20,000 bases of DNA from Candidatus Limnocylindrales bacterium (GCA_035559535.1 DATMBG010000008.1:44375-64374); one strand, 5' to 3'. Counted from the stretch's first letter, positions 8,345-18,117 are shown. The notes: a model not told the origin generated them from the letters alone. Made by a program: numbers and translations.

Positions 8345-9223
8345 ATGAACGAATTTATTTTAAACCCCTGGATTTTTATCCTTCTCTTAATGGTTACAGG
8401 AATTTTGGTGTTTATCCTGGAACCCTATTTGGAATTGGAGGGTAGGCGTATTTTTTCTTTTTTAAAACGGGGTTTGCTGAAGTTTCGCACGTATCTTTAT
8501 CTGTATTTATATCGTTGGAATCTATTCGATCCTACCAATCCACGTTTCAGGACCAAACTTACCGAGCTTATCGATGCCTACGCAGATGAACCCATCATCG
8601 CCTTTGATACCCTTCTCCTTCCTTCCCTGCCTAAAAAATATAACGCAACCTGGGTCATCCAAATCCTCAAACAGCTCCCTGAGAAAAAAATGCTCAAACT
8701 CATCGAAGAGTGGCATGACCCTACCAGACCTACGAAACTCATCAAGGCTATCAAATCAGAAGAAGAAAAAATTACCTGGATCGAATTGATCCTTAAAAAC
8801 CTGAAAACAAAAAATCGAGGGGTGGAAATCGTCCGGGATGTTTTTAAGGGGATGAGTGAGGGGGAAATCGTTCAGCTTTTAAGAAAGTTTAGCCTGGAAT
8901 CCTTAAAAGAACTGGGAGAAAAAAGCGATATTGTCGATTTTGCTTATCTGCTTCTTCTGGTAGAAGCAAATTTAAAGACAAAAGACGTGGGATCCGGAGA
9001 AGATCTTTTATTTACTAAAAAAGTTCTGAATACCATTTCCTGGGAGAAAGCAAGGGAACTTCAAACAACCTGTCGAGCACTCTGGAATAAGTTCCCAAAT
9101 TTGCGTCAAGGTCTGAGCTCAGAACAGCGAGAAGCCTTCATGAATCAACTTCGCCTTGCACTGGCCCAAAGAGAAGCTGCCGAATTAATGGTTTCTCCTG
9201 AAGAAGAGGAAGAAAATGCCTAA
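8345..9223 (+). CDS. Hypothetical membrane-anchored, mostly alpha-helical protein
   Basis: Long ORF; hydrophobic segment WIFILLLMVTGILVFIL near the N-terminus, Leu/Lys/Glu-rich body, acidic tail EEEEENA; no family recognised. Start ATG 8345 preferred over TTG 8327. Confidence 0.75.
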   Translation: MNEFILNPWIFILLLMVTGILVFILEPYLELEGRRIFSFLKRGLLKFRTYLYLYLYRWNLFDPTNPRFRTKLTELIDAYADEPIIAFDTLLLPSLPKKYNATWVIQILKQLPEKKMLKLIEEWHDPTRPTKLIKAIKSEEEKITWIELILKNLKTKNRGVEIVRDVFKGMSEGEIVQLLRKFSLESLKELGEKSDIVDFAYLLLLVEANLKTKDVGSGEDLLFTKKVLNTISWEKARELQTTCRALWNKFPNLRQGLSSEQREAFMNQLRLALAQREAAELMVSPEEEEENA

Positions 9224-9362
9224 ACCCTTGCTTAAGGGCATTCTTCCACAGGGCTTTCTTTATAAATTTTTGAAAATTTAGTTGCAGATGGTTTGATCTT
9301 TGCATAGATCTTTTAATAACCCTTCAAGATTAAAAATCTTAAAATAACGACGGAGGTCCTCA

Positions 9363-9914
9363 ATGAGAGGGATTCAAATTCCTATTGAAAATCTATTTGT
9401 AAAAACTTCCCGACATCCCCATTTTCCTTTTACCTTTGAACTGGAAGAAGATGGAATTCAAGGTAAATTGGAGGTGGTGGATTTAGATCGGTTGAGTTGT
9501 GCCCTCCACAGGCTTGAAATTAAAAAGCAAGAAGAAAGTAGGTCAAACGTCTCGTTTGACATTCTGACCCGGGCAAATCGATTGAAAGACCAGGGAGAAC
9601 AGATCATCCAAAAAGTTACCTACCTGCTGGAACCTTTATCCCTTATCGAATGGGATAAATATACACCGGTTGTCCAGATCAGGAGTTTTCCACCTCAAGT
9701 AAGGGAGGATTTTATAGAGTTTTATGAACTTCTCTTGCACGGAGAGGAAAACCAGACTTCCTTGACTCTGGTTCGATATCGGAACCAGAAAAACAACCGG
9801 TTGAAAGAAACAAGGCCGATGATTTTAACCAGAGAGGTTCTCGAACGGTTATTAGGAGATCTCTTTGGGGTTATAAAAGGCGGAAAGGCAGAGGTTACAG
9901 CTTACTCAAGTTGA
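9363..9914 (+). CDS. Hypothetical protein
   Basis: 183-aa ORF with GGAGG RBS at 9352-9356; globular-looking composition; function not recognised. Confidence 0.8.
   Translation: MRGIQIPIENLFVKTSRHPHFPFTFELEEDGIQGKLEVVDLDRLSCALHRLEIKKQEESRSNVSFDILTRANRLKDQGEQIIQKVTYLLEPLSLIEWDKYTPVVQIRSFPPQVREDFIEFYELLLHGEENQTSLTLVRYRNQKNNRLKETRPMILTREVLERLLGDLFGVIKGGKAEVTAYSS
9537..9563 (+). repeat. GTAG-led palindromic repeat inside a CDS
   Basis: AGTAGGTCAAACGTCTCGTTTGACATT matches 4055-4081 at 26/27. Confidence 0.85.
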
Positions 9915-10665
9915 TATTTTTGAGGAGTTCAGAAACAAACCGGCTGGATTGATCCAGGGCAAATTCAAAATCTTTTCTGGCCTTAAGACCGGGTCTTATT
10001 TTTTTCAGACAGGTCCTGTTTAAATCTATATTCGCCGTATCGGAAATAGCCCGAATGGCCAGGAACGGAACCTGATTCAGATAAGCTACGTGGGCTATGG
10101 CAGCGCTTTCCATGTCTGTGGCGAGGGCCTGATAGCGTAAAGCCAGGTCTTTTCTCTTTTCTTCTGTACAAATGACCTGATCCCCGGAGACTATAACTCC
10201 TGTATGGATTTTCCTGTTACCAAAAACCTCCCACCGACCGATCTCCTGGGCAGTTTTTAAAAGGTCTGGATGGGAAAGAAACCAGGGGATTTTTTCTTTT
10301 TTTTTACCTCGATAGATAAATATCTTTTCAGAAACAAAGTGCCCGGCTGTATACCAGCCAAAATCGTGCTGAATGAGTCGCTCTCCCAGTACGATATCTC
10401 CGATATCACACTCAGGACTGAGGGCACCGGCTGCACCAAAACAAAGGAGGGCTTTAGGTTTATAATTCTGGATCATCACCTGCGCTGCAACAGCCGCATT
10501 AACTTTGCCGACTCCGGATCTGGCCAGAATAATGTCCTTATCCCGATAAAAGCCCCGATAAAAAAGAATCGAGCTCTGTTGAAAACTCTCGTTGAGGGAA
10601 AGGATCTTTCTCACACGATGAATCTCCGCAGACATGGCTGCAATGAGACCAATGCAGGCATTCAT
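9895..10665 (-). CDS. mtnN: 5'-methylthioadenosine/S-adenosylhomocysteine nucleosidase
   Basis: IGLIAAMSAEI, SGVGKVNAA, GAAGAL, IGDIV, QHD, SGDQ, DMESAAIAHV, IRAISD motifs. Confidence 0.88.
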   Translation of the reverse strand: MNACIGLIAAMSAEIHRVRKILSLNESFQQSSILFYRGFYRDKDIILARSGVGKVNAAVAAQVMIQNYKPKALLCFGAAGALSPECDIGDIVLGERLIQHDFGWYTAGHFVSEKIFIYRGKKKEKIPWFLSHPDLLKTAQEIGRWEVFGNRKIHTGVIVSGDQVICTEEKRKDLALRYQALATDMESAAIAHVAYLNQVPFLAIRAISDTANIDLNRTCLKKIRPGLKARKDFEFALDQSSRFVSELLKNINLSKL

Positions 10666-10667
10666 GG

Positions 10668-11111
10668 TTAAGAGCGACTATCCAGGATAAACGTTACCGG
10701 TCCATCGTTAAAGATCTGAACGGTCATATGAGCCTGAAAAATTCCTGTTGCAACCGGAAGACCGCCTGTCTTTAACTCTTCAATGAAAAATTCATAGAGG
10801 TACCGGGCTAACTCCGGCCCGGCGGCTTTTGTAAAACTCGGTCGCCTTCCTTTCCGGCAATCCCCCAAGAGGGTAAACTGAGAAACTACCAAAAGGCTTC
10901 CGTGAACATCTAAAACAGACAGGTTCATTTTCCCGGCCTCATCTTCAAAGATCCGCAAGTGGAGGATTTTCTCCGCCAGATAGGTAGCATCCTTCTCCGA
11001 ATCCTCCTGTTCAACCCCTACCAGGACGACGAGTCCCTTTCCGATTTCACTGATTATTTTCCCCTCAACCCTTACAGCAGCCTGGGAAACACGCTGAAGA
11101 ACTGTCTTCAA
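10668..11111 (-). CDS. dtd: D-aminoacyl-tRNA deacylase
   Basis: VLQRV, LRIFED, GKMNLS, SQFTL, KGRRPSF, NDGPVT motifs. Confidence 0.96.
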   Translation of the reverse strand: MKTVLQRVSQAAVRVEGKIISEIGKGLVVLVGVEQEDSEKDATYLAEKILHLRIFEDEAGKMNLSVLDVHGSLLVVSQFTLLGDCRKGRRPSFTKAAGPELARYLYEFFIEELKTGGLPVATGIFQAHMTVQIFNDGPVTFILDSRS

Positions 11112-11120
11112 AATTCACTC

Positions 11121-11253
11121 TGGAAGTATGGGGGTGTGGGAGTGTGGAAGTGTGGAATATGTTCTCCTATATTCCTATATTTATATTCTCATACTTCCAT
11201 ACTTCCATACTCCCATACCCCCATACTCCCATACTCCCACACCCCTACTTCCA
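11121..11253. repeat. Inverted array of octamer tandem repeats (T[A/G]TGG[G/A][A/G]G / CCATACTC)
   Basis: tggaagtatgggggtgtgggagtgtggaagtgtggaa followed by repeated ccatact(c/t) units; fills the accC-dtd spacer. Confidence 0.9.
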
Positions 11254-11262
11254 CATTCTTCA

Positions 11263-12606
11263 TTAAGATTTACCTAACAACTCACTTAAAAACTCGATAT
11301 GATATCTTCCTTGACGGAAGGAAGGATCCCGCAGGAGTTTTTTGTGGAGAGGGATAGTCGTTTTGATACCCTCTACGATGAATTCATCTAAAGCCCGTTC
11401 CATTCGGGCAATGGCCTCTGCCCGATCCCGGGCATGGACGATCAGCTTGGCAATCAGAGAATCATAAAAAGGAGTTACCTGATATTCACTATAAGCAGCC
11501 GTATCCACACGAATGCCAGGGCCTCCTGGAAGATTAAAAGCGGTGATCTTACCGGGATTTGGAGTAAAGTTCTGGGGATCCTCCGCATTGATGCGGCATT
11601 CGATGCTATGACCGGTCAGTCGGATATCTTTGGATCGATATTTAAGTTCCTGTCCTGCGGCAATCCGGATCTGTTCTTTAATAAGGTCTATCCCGGTAAC
11701 CATCTCGGTAACTGGATGTTCTACCTGGATACGGGTATTCATCTCGATGAAGTAAAAATTTCCCTCCTGATCCATGAGGAACTCTACCGTTCCAACGCTA
11801 CTGTATTTGATTTCCCGCATGGCGGCGACCACCAGATTTCCCATTTTTTCCCGAACTTTTTCGGTTACGGCCGGAGAGGGAGATTCCTCTAAAAGCTTTT
11901 GATGACGTCTCTGGATGGAGCATTCCCGTTCTCCCAGATGGTAGACATTTCCCTTTTGATCTCCAATAACTTGAAACTCAATATGACGCGGTTTCTCAAG
12001 AAACTTCTCTACGTAGATATCCGGACTTCCAAAGGAAGAGATGGATTCCGAGCGGGCCATCATGAAGGAGTTGGCCAGGGCCTCTTCCGAAAACACAACC
12101 CGCATCCCACGTCCTCCTCCTCCTGCCGAAGCCTTGAGGATAATGGGGAACCCGATGGATTTAGCCACATCCAGGGCTTCTTTGAGGTCTTTAACCGAAT
12201 CGCTACTGCCGGGTAAGATAGGAAGTCCGGCCCGTTTAGCAATTTGCCTGGCAGAGACCTTATCGCCCATTAATCGTATAATTTCCGGTGGAGGACCAAT
12301 AAAGGTAATATTACACTCCTGGCACATTTCGGCAAACCGTGCATTCTCTGCTAAAAAACCGTATCCAGGATGAACGGCCTCGGCATCTGTAATTTCACAG
12401 GCACTGATAATGTTTGTTTCATTCAAATAGCTTTTTCTATTCTCCGGTGGCCCTATACAAACACTCTCGTCTGCAAATCTTACATGAAGAGATTCGGCAT
12501 CTGCCTTTGAATAAACCGCAACGGTCTTAATGCCCAGTTCCTTGCAAGCCCGAATAATTCTAAGGGCAATTTCACCCCGGTTGGCTATGAGAATCTTCTT
12601 AAACAT
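11263..12606 (-). CDS. accC: Biotin carboxylase
   Basis: [71 protein letters not shown] motifs. Confidence 0.96.
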   Translation of the reverse strand: MFKKILIANRGEIALRIIRACKELGIKTVAVYSKADAESLHVRFADESVCIGPPENRKSYLNETNIISACEITDAEAVHPGYGFLAENARFAEMCQECNITFIGPPPEIIRLMGDKVSARQIAKRAGLPILPGSSDSVKDLKEALDVAKSIGFPIILKASAGGGGRGMRVVFSEEALANSFMMARSESISSFGSPDIYVEKFLEKPRHIEFQVIGDQKGNVYHLGERECSIQRRHQKLLEESPSPAVTEKVREKMGNLVVAAMREIKYSSVGTVEFLMDQEGNFYFIEMNTRIQVEHPVTEMVTGIDLIKEQIRIAAGQELKYRSKDIRLTGHSIECRINAEDPQNFTPNPGKITAFNLPGGPGIRVDTAAYSEYQVTPFYDSLIAKLIVHARDRAEAIARMERALDEFIVEGIKTTIPLHKKLLRDPSFRQGRYHIEFLSELLGKS

Positions 12607-12853
12607 GCTGACCTGTCCCTCCGGCCATAAAAGGAAAGATGCTTAACTCATCTCCTTCAGATAGACGCTGATCTAAAGAAGCATTGTTTCCATTTATCAG
12701 GACAATCTGTAAGAATTGTTCAGGTACCCTTAAGCTCAAGGCAACCTCGCGAACGGTAATTCCCTCGGGGACTTCCAAAACCGCTTTCTTGCCATCACTG
12801 CCTGGTGGTAGATATTTTCTCAGATTCGCAAATAGCCTGACAGTAACCTCCAT
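12599..12853 (-). CDS. MoaD/ThiS-family ubiquitin-like protein with a 5-aa extension after Gly-Gly
   Basis: [14 protein letters not shown]...EGITVREV...VLING...[21 protein letters not shown]; beta-grasp sulfur-carrier pattern. Confidence 0.9.
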   Translation of the reverse strand: MEVTVRLFANLRKYLPPGSDGKKAVLEVPEGITVREVALSLRVPEQFLQIVLINGNNASLDQRLSEGDELSIFPFMAGGTGQHV

Positions 12854-12876
12854 ACCTCCCACTCCCCCACCCCCTA

Positions 12877-14322
12877 TCAGGTAGAAAGCTTTTCCTTCAA
12901 CAACTTATTCACGAGCTGGGGATTGGCCTTTCCCTGGGTTGCCTTCATAACTTCGCCTACAAAGAAGCCGAATGCTTTCTGCTTACCCGCTTTGTATTGG
13001 GCTACGGTTTCAGGGTTTGCAGCAATAATTCGGTCCACAACCGCTGCCACCTCTTTTTCATCCGAGATCTGAATCAATCCCTTTTCCTTTACGATTTCTT
13101 CCGGCATCTTTCCGGTAGCATACATGTCCTCAAAGACGACCTTAGCGATTTTACCGCTGATAGTACCTTCTTCGATTAACTTTAGCATTCCGGCAAGGTG
13201 TTGGGGGGTTATGGGACAGGTTCGGATATCTGCTTGTTCATGCTCTTTAAGCTTTCGAAGGATATCTCCCATAACCCAGTTACTCACCACTTTGGGATTC
13301 GGATAAAGCTTAACCGTATTTTCGTAATAATCTGCAACAAATTTAGAAGCAGTTAAAACCCGGGCATCATACTCTGGAATTCCGTACTGGGATATAAATC
13401 GAGCAGTTCTTGCATCAGCCAGTTCCGGTAAACTTTTCCGTATCTGTTCAATCCATTCTTTATCGATAACCAGGGGTACCAGATCCGGTTCTGGAAAATA
13501 GCGATAGTCATGGGCTTCTTCCTTACTTCGCATAGGGCGTGTAACCCCTTGATCTACATCCCAAAGGCGGGTTTCCTGAACGATTCGTCCCCCTTCTTCT
13601 AAAATCTGAATCTGACGGGCAATTTCGTATTCCAGAGCTTTCTGGACATTTTTAAAGGAGTTCATATTCTTAACTTCTGTTTTGGTACCCAATTTCGTAC
13701 TTCCTTTAGGTCGTACCGAGATGTTGGCATCACATCGTAAACTCCCTTCTTCCATATTACAATCTGAGACTTCCAGATACTCCAGAATTCCCTTTAACTT
13801 AAGTAGATATTCCCTGGCTTCTTCAGGCGAGCGCATATCCGGCTCACTCACAATTTCCAGAAGGGGAACGCCACAGCGATTAAAATCTATAAAACTATAA
13901 TTTTTAGATCCTGTAATATTCTCATCGTGGATAGACTTCCCCGCATCCTCTTCCATATGGATCCGGGTTACCCCTATTTTTTTAGAAATACCATCCACCT
14001 GAATTTCAATCCATCCATGCTGGGCCAGAGGAAGTTCATATTGAGAGATTTGATATGCTTTAGGTAGATCCGGGTAGAAATAATTTTTACGGGCAAAAAG
14101 GCTATAGTCCGCGATGGTACAGTTCATGGCCAGGGCCGTCCGAATTCCAAATTCTACCACCTGTTTGTTCAGTACAGGTAGAACTCCCGGCATTCCCTGA
14201 CAAATAGGACAGGTATTATGATTGGGCTTTGCACCAAACTCGGTACTACAGGAACAAAAAATTTTGGACCGGGTCTTTAATTGCGTATGCACTTCCAGCC
14301 CGATAACAGCTTCGTATTCCAT
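12877..14322 (-). CDS. gatB: Asp-tRNA(Asn)/Glu-tRNA(Gln) amidotransferase subunit B
   Basis: [59 protein letters not shown]; the conserved start is ATG 14322. Confidence 0.97.
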   Translation of the reverse strand: MEYEAVIGLEVHTQLKTRSKIFCSCSTEFGAKPNHNTCPICQGMPGVLPVLNKQVVEFGIRTALAMNCTIADYSLFARKNYFYPDLPKAYQISQYELPLAQHGWIEIQVDGISKKIGVTRIHMEEDAGKSIHDENITGSKNYSFIDFNRCGVPLLEIVSEPDMRSPEEAREYLLKLKGILEYLEVSDCNMEEGSLRCDANISVRPKGSTKLGTKTEVKNMNSFKNVQKALEYEIARQIQILEEGGRIVQETRLWDVDQGVTRPMRSKEEAHDYRYFPEPDLVPLVIDKEWIEQIRKSLPELADARTARFISQYGIPEYDARVLTASKFVADYYENTVKLYPNPKVVSNWVMGDILRKLKEHEQADIRTCPITPQHLAGMLKLIEEGTISGKIAKVVFEDMYATGKMPEEIVKEKGLIQISDEKEVAAVVDRIIAANPETVAQYKAGKQKAFGFFVGEVMKATQGKANPQLVNKLLKEKLST

Positions 14323-14324
14323 TT

Positions 14325-14472
14325 TAAGTGATGGAGGAGTGTGGAAGTATGGGAGTATGGAAGTATGGGGGTATGGAGGTACGGAAGTATAAGATTTCTC
14401 CCACACCGCCATACCCCCACACTCCCATACCTCCACACTTCCATACTCCCATACCTCCATGCCCCCCCCACC
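14325..14472. repeat. Inverted array of octamer tandem repeats, same family as 11121-11253
   Basis: gtgtggaa/gtatggga/gtatggaa/gtatgggg/gtatggag/gtacggaa followed by ccatac/ccacac units; fills the gatA-gatB spacer. Confidence 0.92.
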
Positions 14473-15936
14473 TTATAAAGGCGGCTTCTTCTTATGATGT
14501 TCCGTATTCTGCTCAAAGGCATAAGCTACTTTTAAGATCGTTTCTTCTCCAAAGTGCTTTCCGATGATCTGTAGTCCGATGGGTAGACCGTCTTTTGTGA
14601 ATCCACAAGGGATAGATAGGGCCGTTACGCCCGCCAGGTTAATGGGAATGGTGAAGATATCCGACAGGTACATTTGCAAAGGATCTTCGGTTTTCTCTCC
14701 GATTTTAAATGCCGGGGTGGGAGAGACAGGAGCTACCAGAACATCATATTTTTTAAAGGCTTCTTCAAAATCTCGCTTAATCAACGTTCTTACTTTTTGG
14801 GCCTTTAAGTAGTAAGCATCATAGTATCCCGAGCTCAGGGAGTAAGTACCCAGCATGATGCGGCGTTTTACTTCCGGAGAGAATCCTTGAGAACGCGTGG
14901 TCATATACATATCCATCAGATCGGTATACGTATCGGCCCGGTAACCGTATTTAACCCCATCATATCGGGCTAGATTGGAGCTGGCTTCGGCAGGGGCTAT
15001 GATATAATAAGCGGCCACGGCGTATTCGGTATGGGGTAGGGAAACTTTTTCATAAGAAGCTCCCAGCTTCTCCAGGACCCTGACCGCCTCCCAGATTTTT
15101 TCCTCTACTTCTTCATCCATTCCGGCAATAAAATATTCTTCCGGGATACCTATCTTTAAGCCGGTAATATCGGGAACCAGAGCCCGGGTATAGTCCGGTG
15201 TGGGTAAATTAACCGACGTGGAATCCTTAGGATCGTACCCTGATAGGGCATTCAGCAGAATAGCACAGTCGGTTACGTCTTTAGCAATGGGACCGATTTG
15301 ATCCAGAGAAGAGGCGTAAGCGATTAATCCGTATCTCGAAACCCGACCGTAGGTCGGTTTAAGACCGGTTGTGCTACAAAATGAAGAGGGTTGGCGGATA
15401 GAACCCCCGGTATCTGTTCCTAGAGCTCCGATAGCTTCCCCGGCTATGACGGCTGCTGCCGACCCCCCACTCGAACCTCCCGGGACTCGACTCAAGTCCC
15501 AGGGATTTCGGGTAATTCCGTAGTAGGAATTCTCCGTCGAAGAGCCCATCCCGAATTGATCCAGATTCGTTTTTCCAATCATAACGATGTTCTGTTGCTT
15601 CAGCCGGGCTATAACCGTTGCATCATAGGGGGGAATAAAATTATGTAAAATCTTGGCTGCACAGGTCGTTAAAACCCCCCTGGTGCAAATTAAATCTTTA
15701 ATCGCTATAGGAATCCCGGTAAGAGGAGTTAAGGGAATTTCTCCCCTTTGAAGTTTTTGATCAATGATGCTGGCCTGTTCCAGGGCTTCTTCTCTTAAAA
15801 CAGTGATATAGGCTCTGATTCGATTCTCCACCTGATCAATCCGAGAAAGAACCGATTCGGTAATTTGTCTGGAGGTGATTTCCCTCCGCTTCATCATTTC
15901 ATGAAGCTCATGGATAGTATAATCGCAAAGTTCCAT
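14473..15936 (-). CDS. gatA: Amidotransferase subunit A
   Basis: [54 protein letters not shown] amidase signature. Confidence 0.97.
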   Translation of the reverse strand: MELCDYTIHELHEMMKRREITSRQITESVLSRIDQVENRIRAYITVLREEALEQASIIDQKLQRGEIPLTPLTGIPIAIKDLICTRGVLTTCAAKILHNFIPPYDATVIARLKQQNIVMIGKTNLDQFGMGSSTENSYYGITRNPWDLSRVPGGSSGGSAAAVIAGEAIGALGTDTGGSIRQPSSFCSTTGLKPTYGRVSRYGLIAYASSLDQIGPIAKDVTDCAILLNALSGYDPKDSTSVNLPTPDYTRALVPDITGLKIGIPEEYFIAGMDEEVEEKIWEAVRVLEKLGASYEKVSLPHTEYAVAAYYIIAPAEASSNLARYDGVKYGYRADTYTDLMDMYMTTRSQGFSPEVKRRIMLGTYSLSSGYYDAYYLKAQKVRTLIKRDFEEAFKKYDVLVAPVSPTPAFKIGEKTEDPLQMYLSDIFTIPINLAGVTALSIPCGFTKDGLPIGLQIIGKHFGEETILKVAYAFEQNTEHHKKKPPL

Positions 15937-15945
15937 GCATCCCTA

Positions 15946-15997
15946 AGAAGCCAGAAGTCAGAAGTCGGGATTTCTTAACTTCTTGCCCCCTTGCTTT
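15946..15997. repeat. Degenerate heptamer-repeat hairpin
   Basis: agaagccagaagtcagaagt (15946-15965) is identical to 1542-1561, followed by a decayed pyrimidine-rich arm. Confidence 0.75.
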
Positions 15998-16007
15998 TAA
16001 CATGCCC

Positions 16008-16295
16008 CTATTCTATCACCCGTGGCACACGGAAATATCCATTTACCCGATCGGGTGCATTTTGTAAGGCCTGATCCTCTGGAAGCGAGGGTTCTACTTT
16101 GTCCTCCCGGAAAACATTTTTAATCTCGACCACATGGGAAGTGGGCAAAATTCCTTCTGTATTTAATTCATTCAACTTGTCCATATAGGTTAGAATCTGG
16201 CTCAGTTTTTCTGACATTTCCTGCTTCTCTTCCTCGGATAAATGGAGTCGTGCCAATTTAGCCACATGCTCTACCTGTTCAATACTGATTTTCAT
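16008..16295 (-). CDS. gatC: Amidotransferase subunit C
   Basis: VEHVAKLARL, FREDKV, NAPD, YFRVPRVIE; AAAGGAG RBS at 16313-16307. Confidence 0.96.
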   Translation of the reverse strand: MKISIEQVEHVAKLARLHLSEEEKQEMSEKLSQILTYMDKLNELNTEGILPTSHVVEIKNVFREDKVEPSLPEDQALQNAPDRVNGYFRVPRVIE

Positions 16296-16356
16296 AGCCT
16301 GATTTACTCCTTTCGACGGGTAACAGGGTTTTTGCCGGAAGTCTAAACTATATCAC

Positions 16357-16385
16357 ATTATACGCTCTGGAATTCAGGTTAGCAA
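16357..16385 (-). promoter_or_regulatory. Putative sigma70 promoter of the gatCAB operon
   Basis: TTGCTA (16385-16380), 17 nt, TATAAT (16362-16357). Confidence 0.65.
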
Positions 16386-16512
16386 CCAGATATAGGAATC
16401 TCCAATTTGTTAGGGAGGAGATTCAATTTGCTAAAGGCATGTTTATTGAATTTCATAATGATCAGGCTATCAGCCTATGCTATCTCTGCCGGTTCGTCAA
16501 GGTATTTTTAAA

Positions 16513-16532
16513 GTCAAACGTCCACGTTTGAC
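16513..16532. repeat. Palindrome related to the 4055 and 9537 repeats
   Basis: GTCAAACG-TCCA-CGTTTGAC, same 8-bp stem, different loop, no GTAG. Confidence 0.7.
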
Positions 16533-16575
16533 CATATCGGTAGGGGTAATACCTACATAAAAGGAGGTGAGTCAG

Positions 16576-16752
16576 ATGGCAAAGGATCCTGTTTGTGGAA
16601 TGGAGGTCGATGAAAAGAACCCTCCGGCCACAAGTACATACAAAGGCAAAACGTATTATTTTTGCGCTGTGGGGTGTAAAAACACCTTTGACAAAAATCC
16701 AGAAAAGTATGTTTCCGGAAAGGCGGGTCAACAAAAAACCGATCACTCCTAA
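16576..16752 (+). CDS. Small YHS-domain (metal-binding) protein
   Basis: MAKDPVCGMEVD...YKGKTYYFCAVGCKNTFDKNPEKY; AAGGAGGTGA RBS at 16561-16570. Confidence 0.93.
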   Translation: MAKDPVCGMEVDEKNPPATSTYKGKTYYFCAVGCKNTFDKNPEKYVSGKAGQQKTDHS

Positions 16753-16779
16753 CTCCGGTTAAAGCTCCTTAAGAGCTAC

Positions 16780-16810
16780 GAAGCCCGTTTTCTCCTGGAA
16801 AATGGGCTTC
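16780..16810 (+). terminator. Hairpin after the YHS gene, possible terminator
   Basis: gaagcccgttttc-tcctg-gaaaatgggcttc, 13-bp stem with one G-U; weak U-tract. Confidence 0.5.
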
Positions 16811-16915
16811 CGCTTTGGAGTATAGGTAGTTAAGTACACCAGGTAAGTGGATGAGATCTATTTGCAAGTGCAAGCTGGAGCAGGAGTAAAACTTTACCTC
16901 CCTTTCATTCCGGTT

Positions 16916-16943
16916 GTAGAGGGAATCGCCGATTCGTCCCTGC
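16916..16943 (+). repeat. Degenerate GTAG-type REP-like palindrome
   Basis: GTAGAGG-GAATCG-C-CGATTC-GTCCCTGC. Confidence 0.5.
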
Positions 16944-17003
16944 CGTAAATTGACGAACTAGCCATCCTCTCTGCAGTCAGGATGCAACTAAAGGAGCTAC
17001 CCT

Positions 17004-17813
17004 ATGAGACGTTCACCGCGTTTAATTATTGCGATTGTTATTGCTATAATCTCTTTGGTATCCTATTACACAGCCCGCGAGTATAATCCGGTTACTAAAG
17101 AAACCCAACACGTTAATATAACACCGAAACAGGAAATTGCCTTAGGTCTTCAGGCTGCTCCCCAGATGGCATCTCAATTTGGAGGATTATCTCCAGATCA
17201 ACAAAAACAGGCTTTGGTGGATGAGGTTGGTAATCGACTGGTTTCAAAGACCGAAGCCGGTCAAACCCCTTATAAGTTCGATTTCCATTTACTGGTAGAC
17301 GAACAGACCATTAATGCTTTTGCCCTGCCAGGCGGTCAAATATTTATTACCGAAGGGTTAATGAAACTCATGGGCACAGAAGGGGAACTGGCAGGTGTGT
17401 TGGGGCATGAGATCGGTCATGTAGTAGCCCGTCATGCAGCCGAACACATAGCTAAGGCCCAATTAACCGAAGGTCTTACCGGTGCCGCCGTATTGGCCAC
17501 TTATGATCCCGATGATCCATCCAGCCAGCGAACAGCAGCCGTTGCTGCATTGATTGGGAATCTGATAAATATGAAATTTAGCCGGGATGATGAGCTGGAA
17601 GCCGATCGATTGGGAGTCCGCTTTACTTCAGAAGCCGGATATGATCCCCGAGCGATGATCAACATGATGGAAACCCTTGCCCAGGCAAGTAAAGGGCAAC
17701 GCCCTCCCGAATTTTTTAGTACCCATCCGAATCCTGAAAGGCGGATTGAGCAAATCAAAGCTGCAATTCAGGAAAGGTTTCCAAATGGCGTCCCCAACGG
17801 ACTAACCCGGTAG
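17004..17813 (+). CDS. M48-family zinc metallopeptidase
   Basis: N-terminal hydrophobic anchor, INAFALPGG, HEIGH, SRDDELEAD, GYDPRAM, FFSTHP; AAGGAG RBS. Confidence 0.93.
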   Translation: MRRSPRLIIAIVIAIISLVSYYTAREYNPVTKETQHVNITPKQEIALGLQAAPQMASQFGGLSPDQQKQALVDEVGNRLVSKTEAGQTPYKFDFHLLVDEQTINAFALPGGQIFITEGLMKLMGTEGELAGVLGHEIGHVVARHAAEHIAKAQLTEGLTGAAVLATYDPDDPSSQRTAAVAALIGNLINMKFSRDDELEADRLGVRFTSEAGYDPRAMINMMETLAQASKGQRPPEFFSTHPNPERRIEQIKAAIQERFPNGVPNGLTR

Positions 17814-17828
17814 TATTCCCGAACTTTA

Positions 17829-17855
17829 AGCCTGCTAAATGAGCAGGCTGCTTTC
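17829..17855 (+). terminator. Possible terminator after the M48 gene
   Basis: agcctgct-aaatg-agcaggct, 8-bp stem 15 nt after the stop; short U-tract. Confidence 0.4.
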
Positions 17856-18013
17856 CCATTTATGGGGAGTTGTACTGAAACCCAACAGGGGGTATCGAGT
17901 CGGACAATCCTCTCCTGTTATTTTCCTTTAATTACTATACCTTGCCGTTCTCCCCTTCACCTCTTTCCTCTCCTTCCGCTTCTTAAACTTTCAAAATCGG
18001 GTATAAAGTTTCC

Positions 18014-18042
18014 TTGACAGGGAAAAAGGCCAATTATAGAGT
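18014..18042 (+). promoter_or_regulatory. Putative sigma70 promoter
   Basis: TTGACA (18014-18019), 17 nt, TAGAGT (18037-18042). Confidence 0.55.
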
Positions 18043-18117
18043 TTAAGCAATTGATCAGAGTTAAAAATATATCTAAAATAAACTCAAAAAACTCCCTTTA
18101 AGGAAAGGAAGATCGTC

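Noticed and set aside
9895..9914. 20-nt convergent overlap between the hypothetical gene and mtnN
   Set aside because: Short tail-to-tail overlaps are common.
11121..11253. Possible CRISPR array or G-quadruplex
   Set aside because: Units are 8-bp tandem repeats with no spacers and no cas genes; the complementary arm favours a hairpin.
4778..16295. aspS plus gatCAB as a novel system
   Set aside because: This is the established indirect Asn-tRNA pathway.
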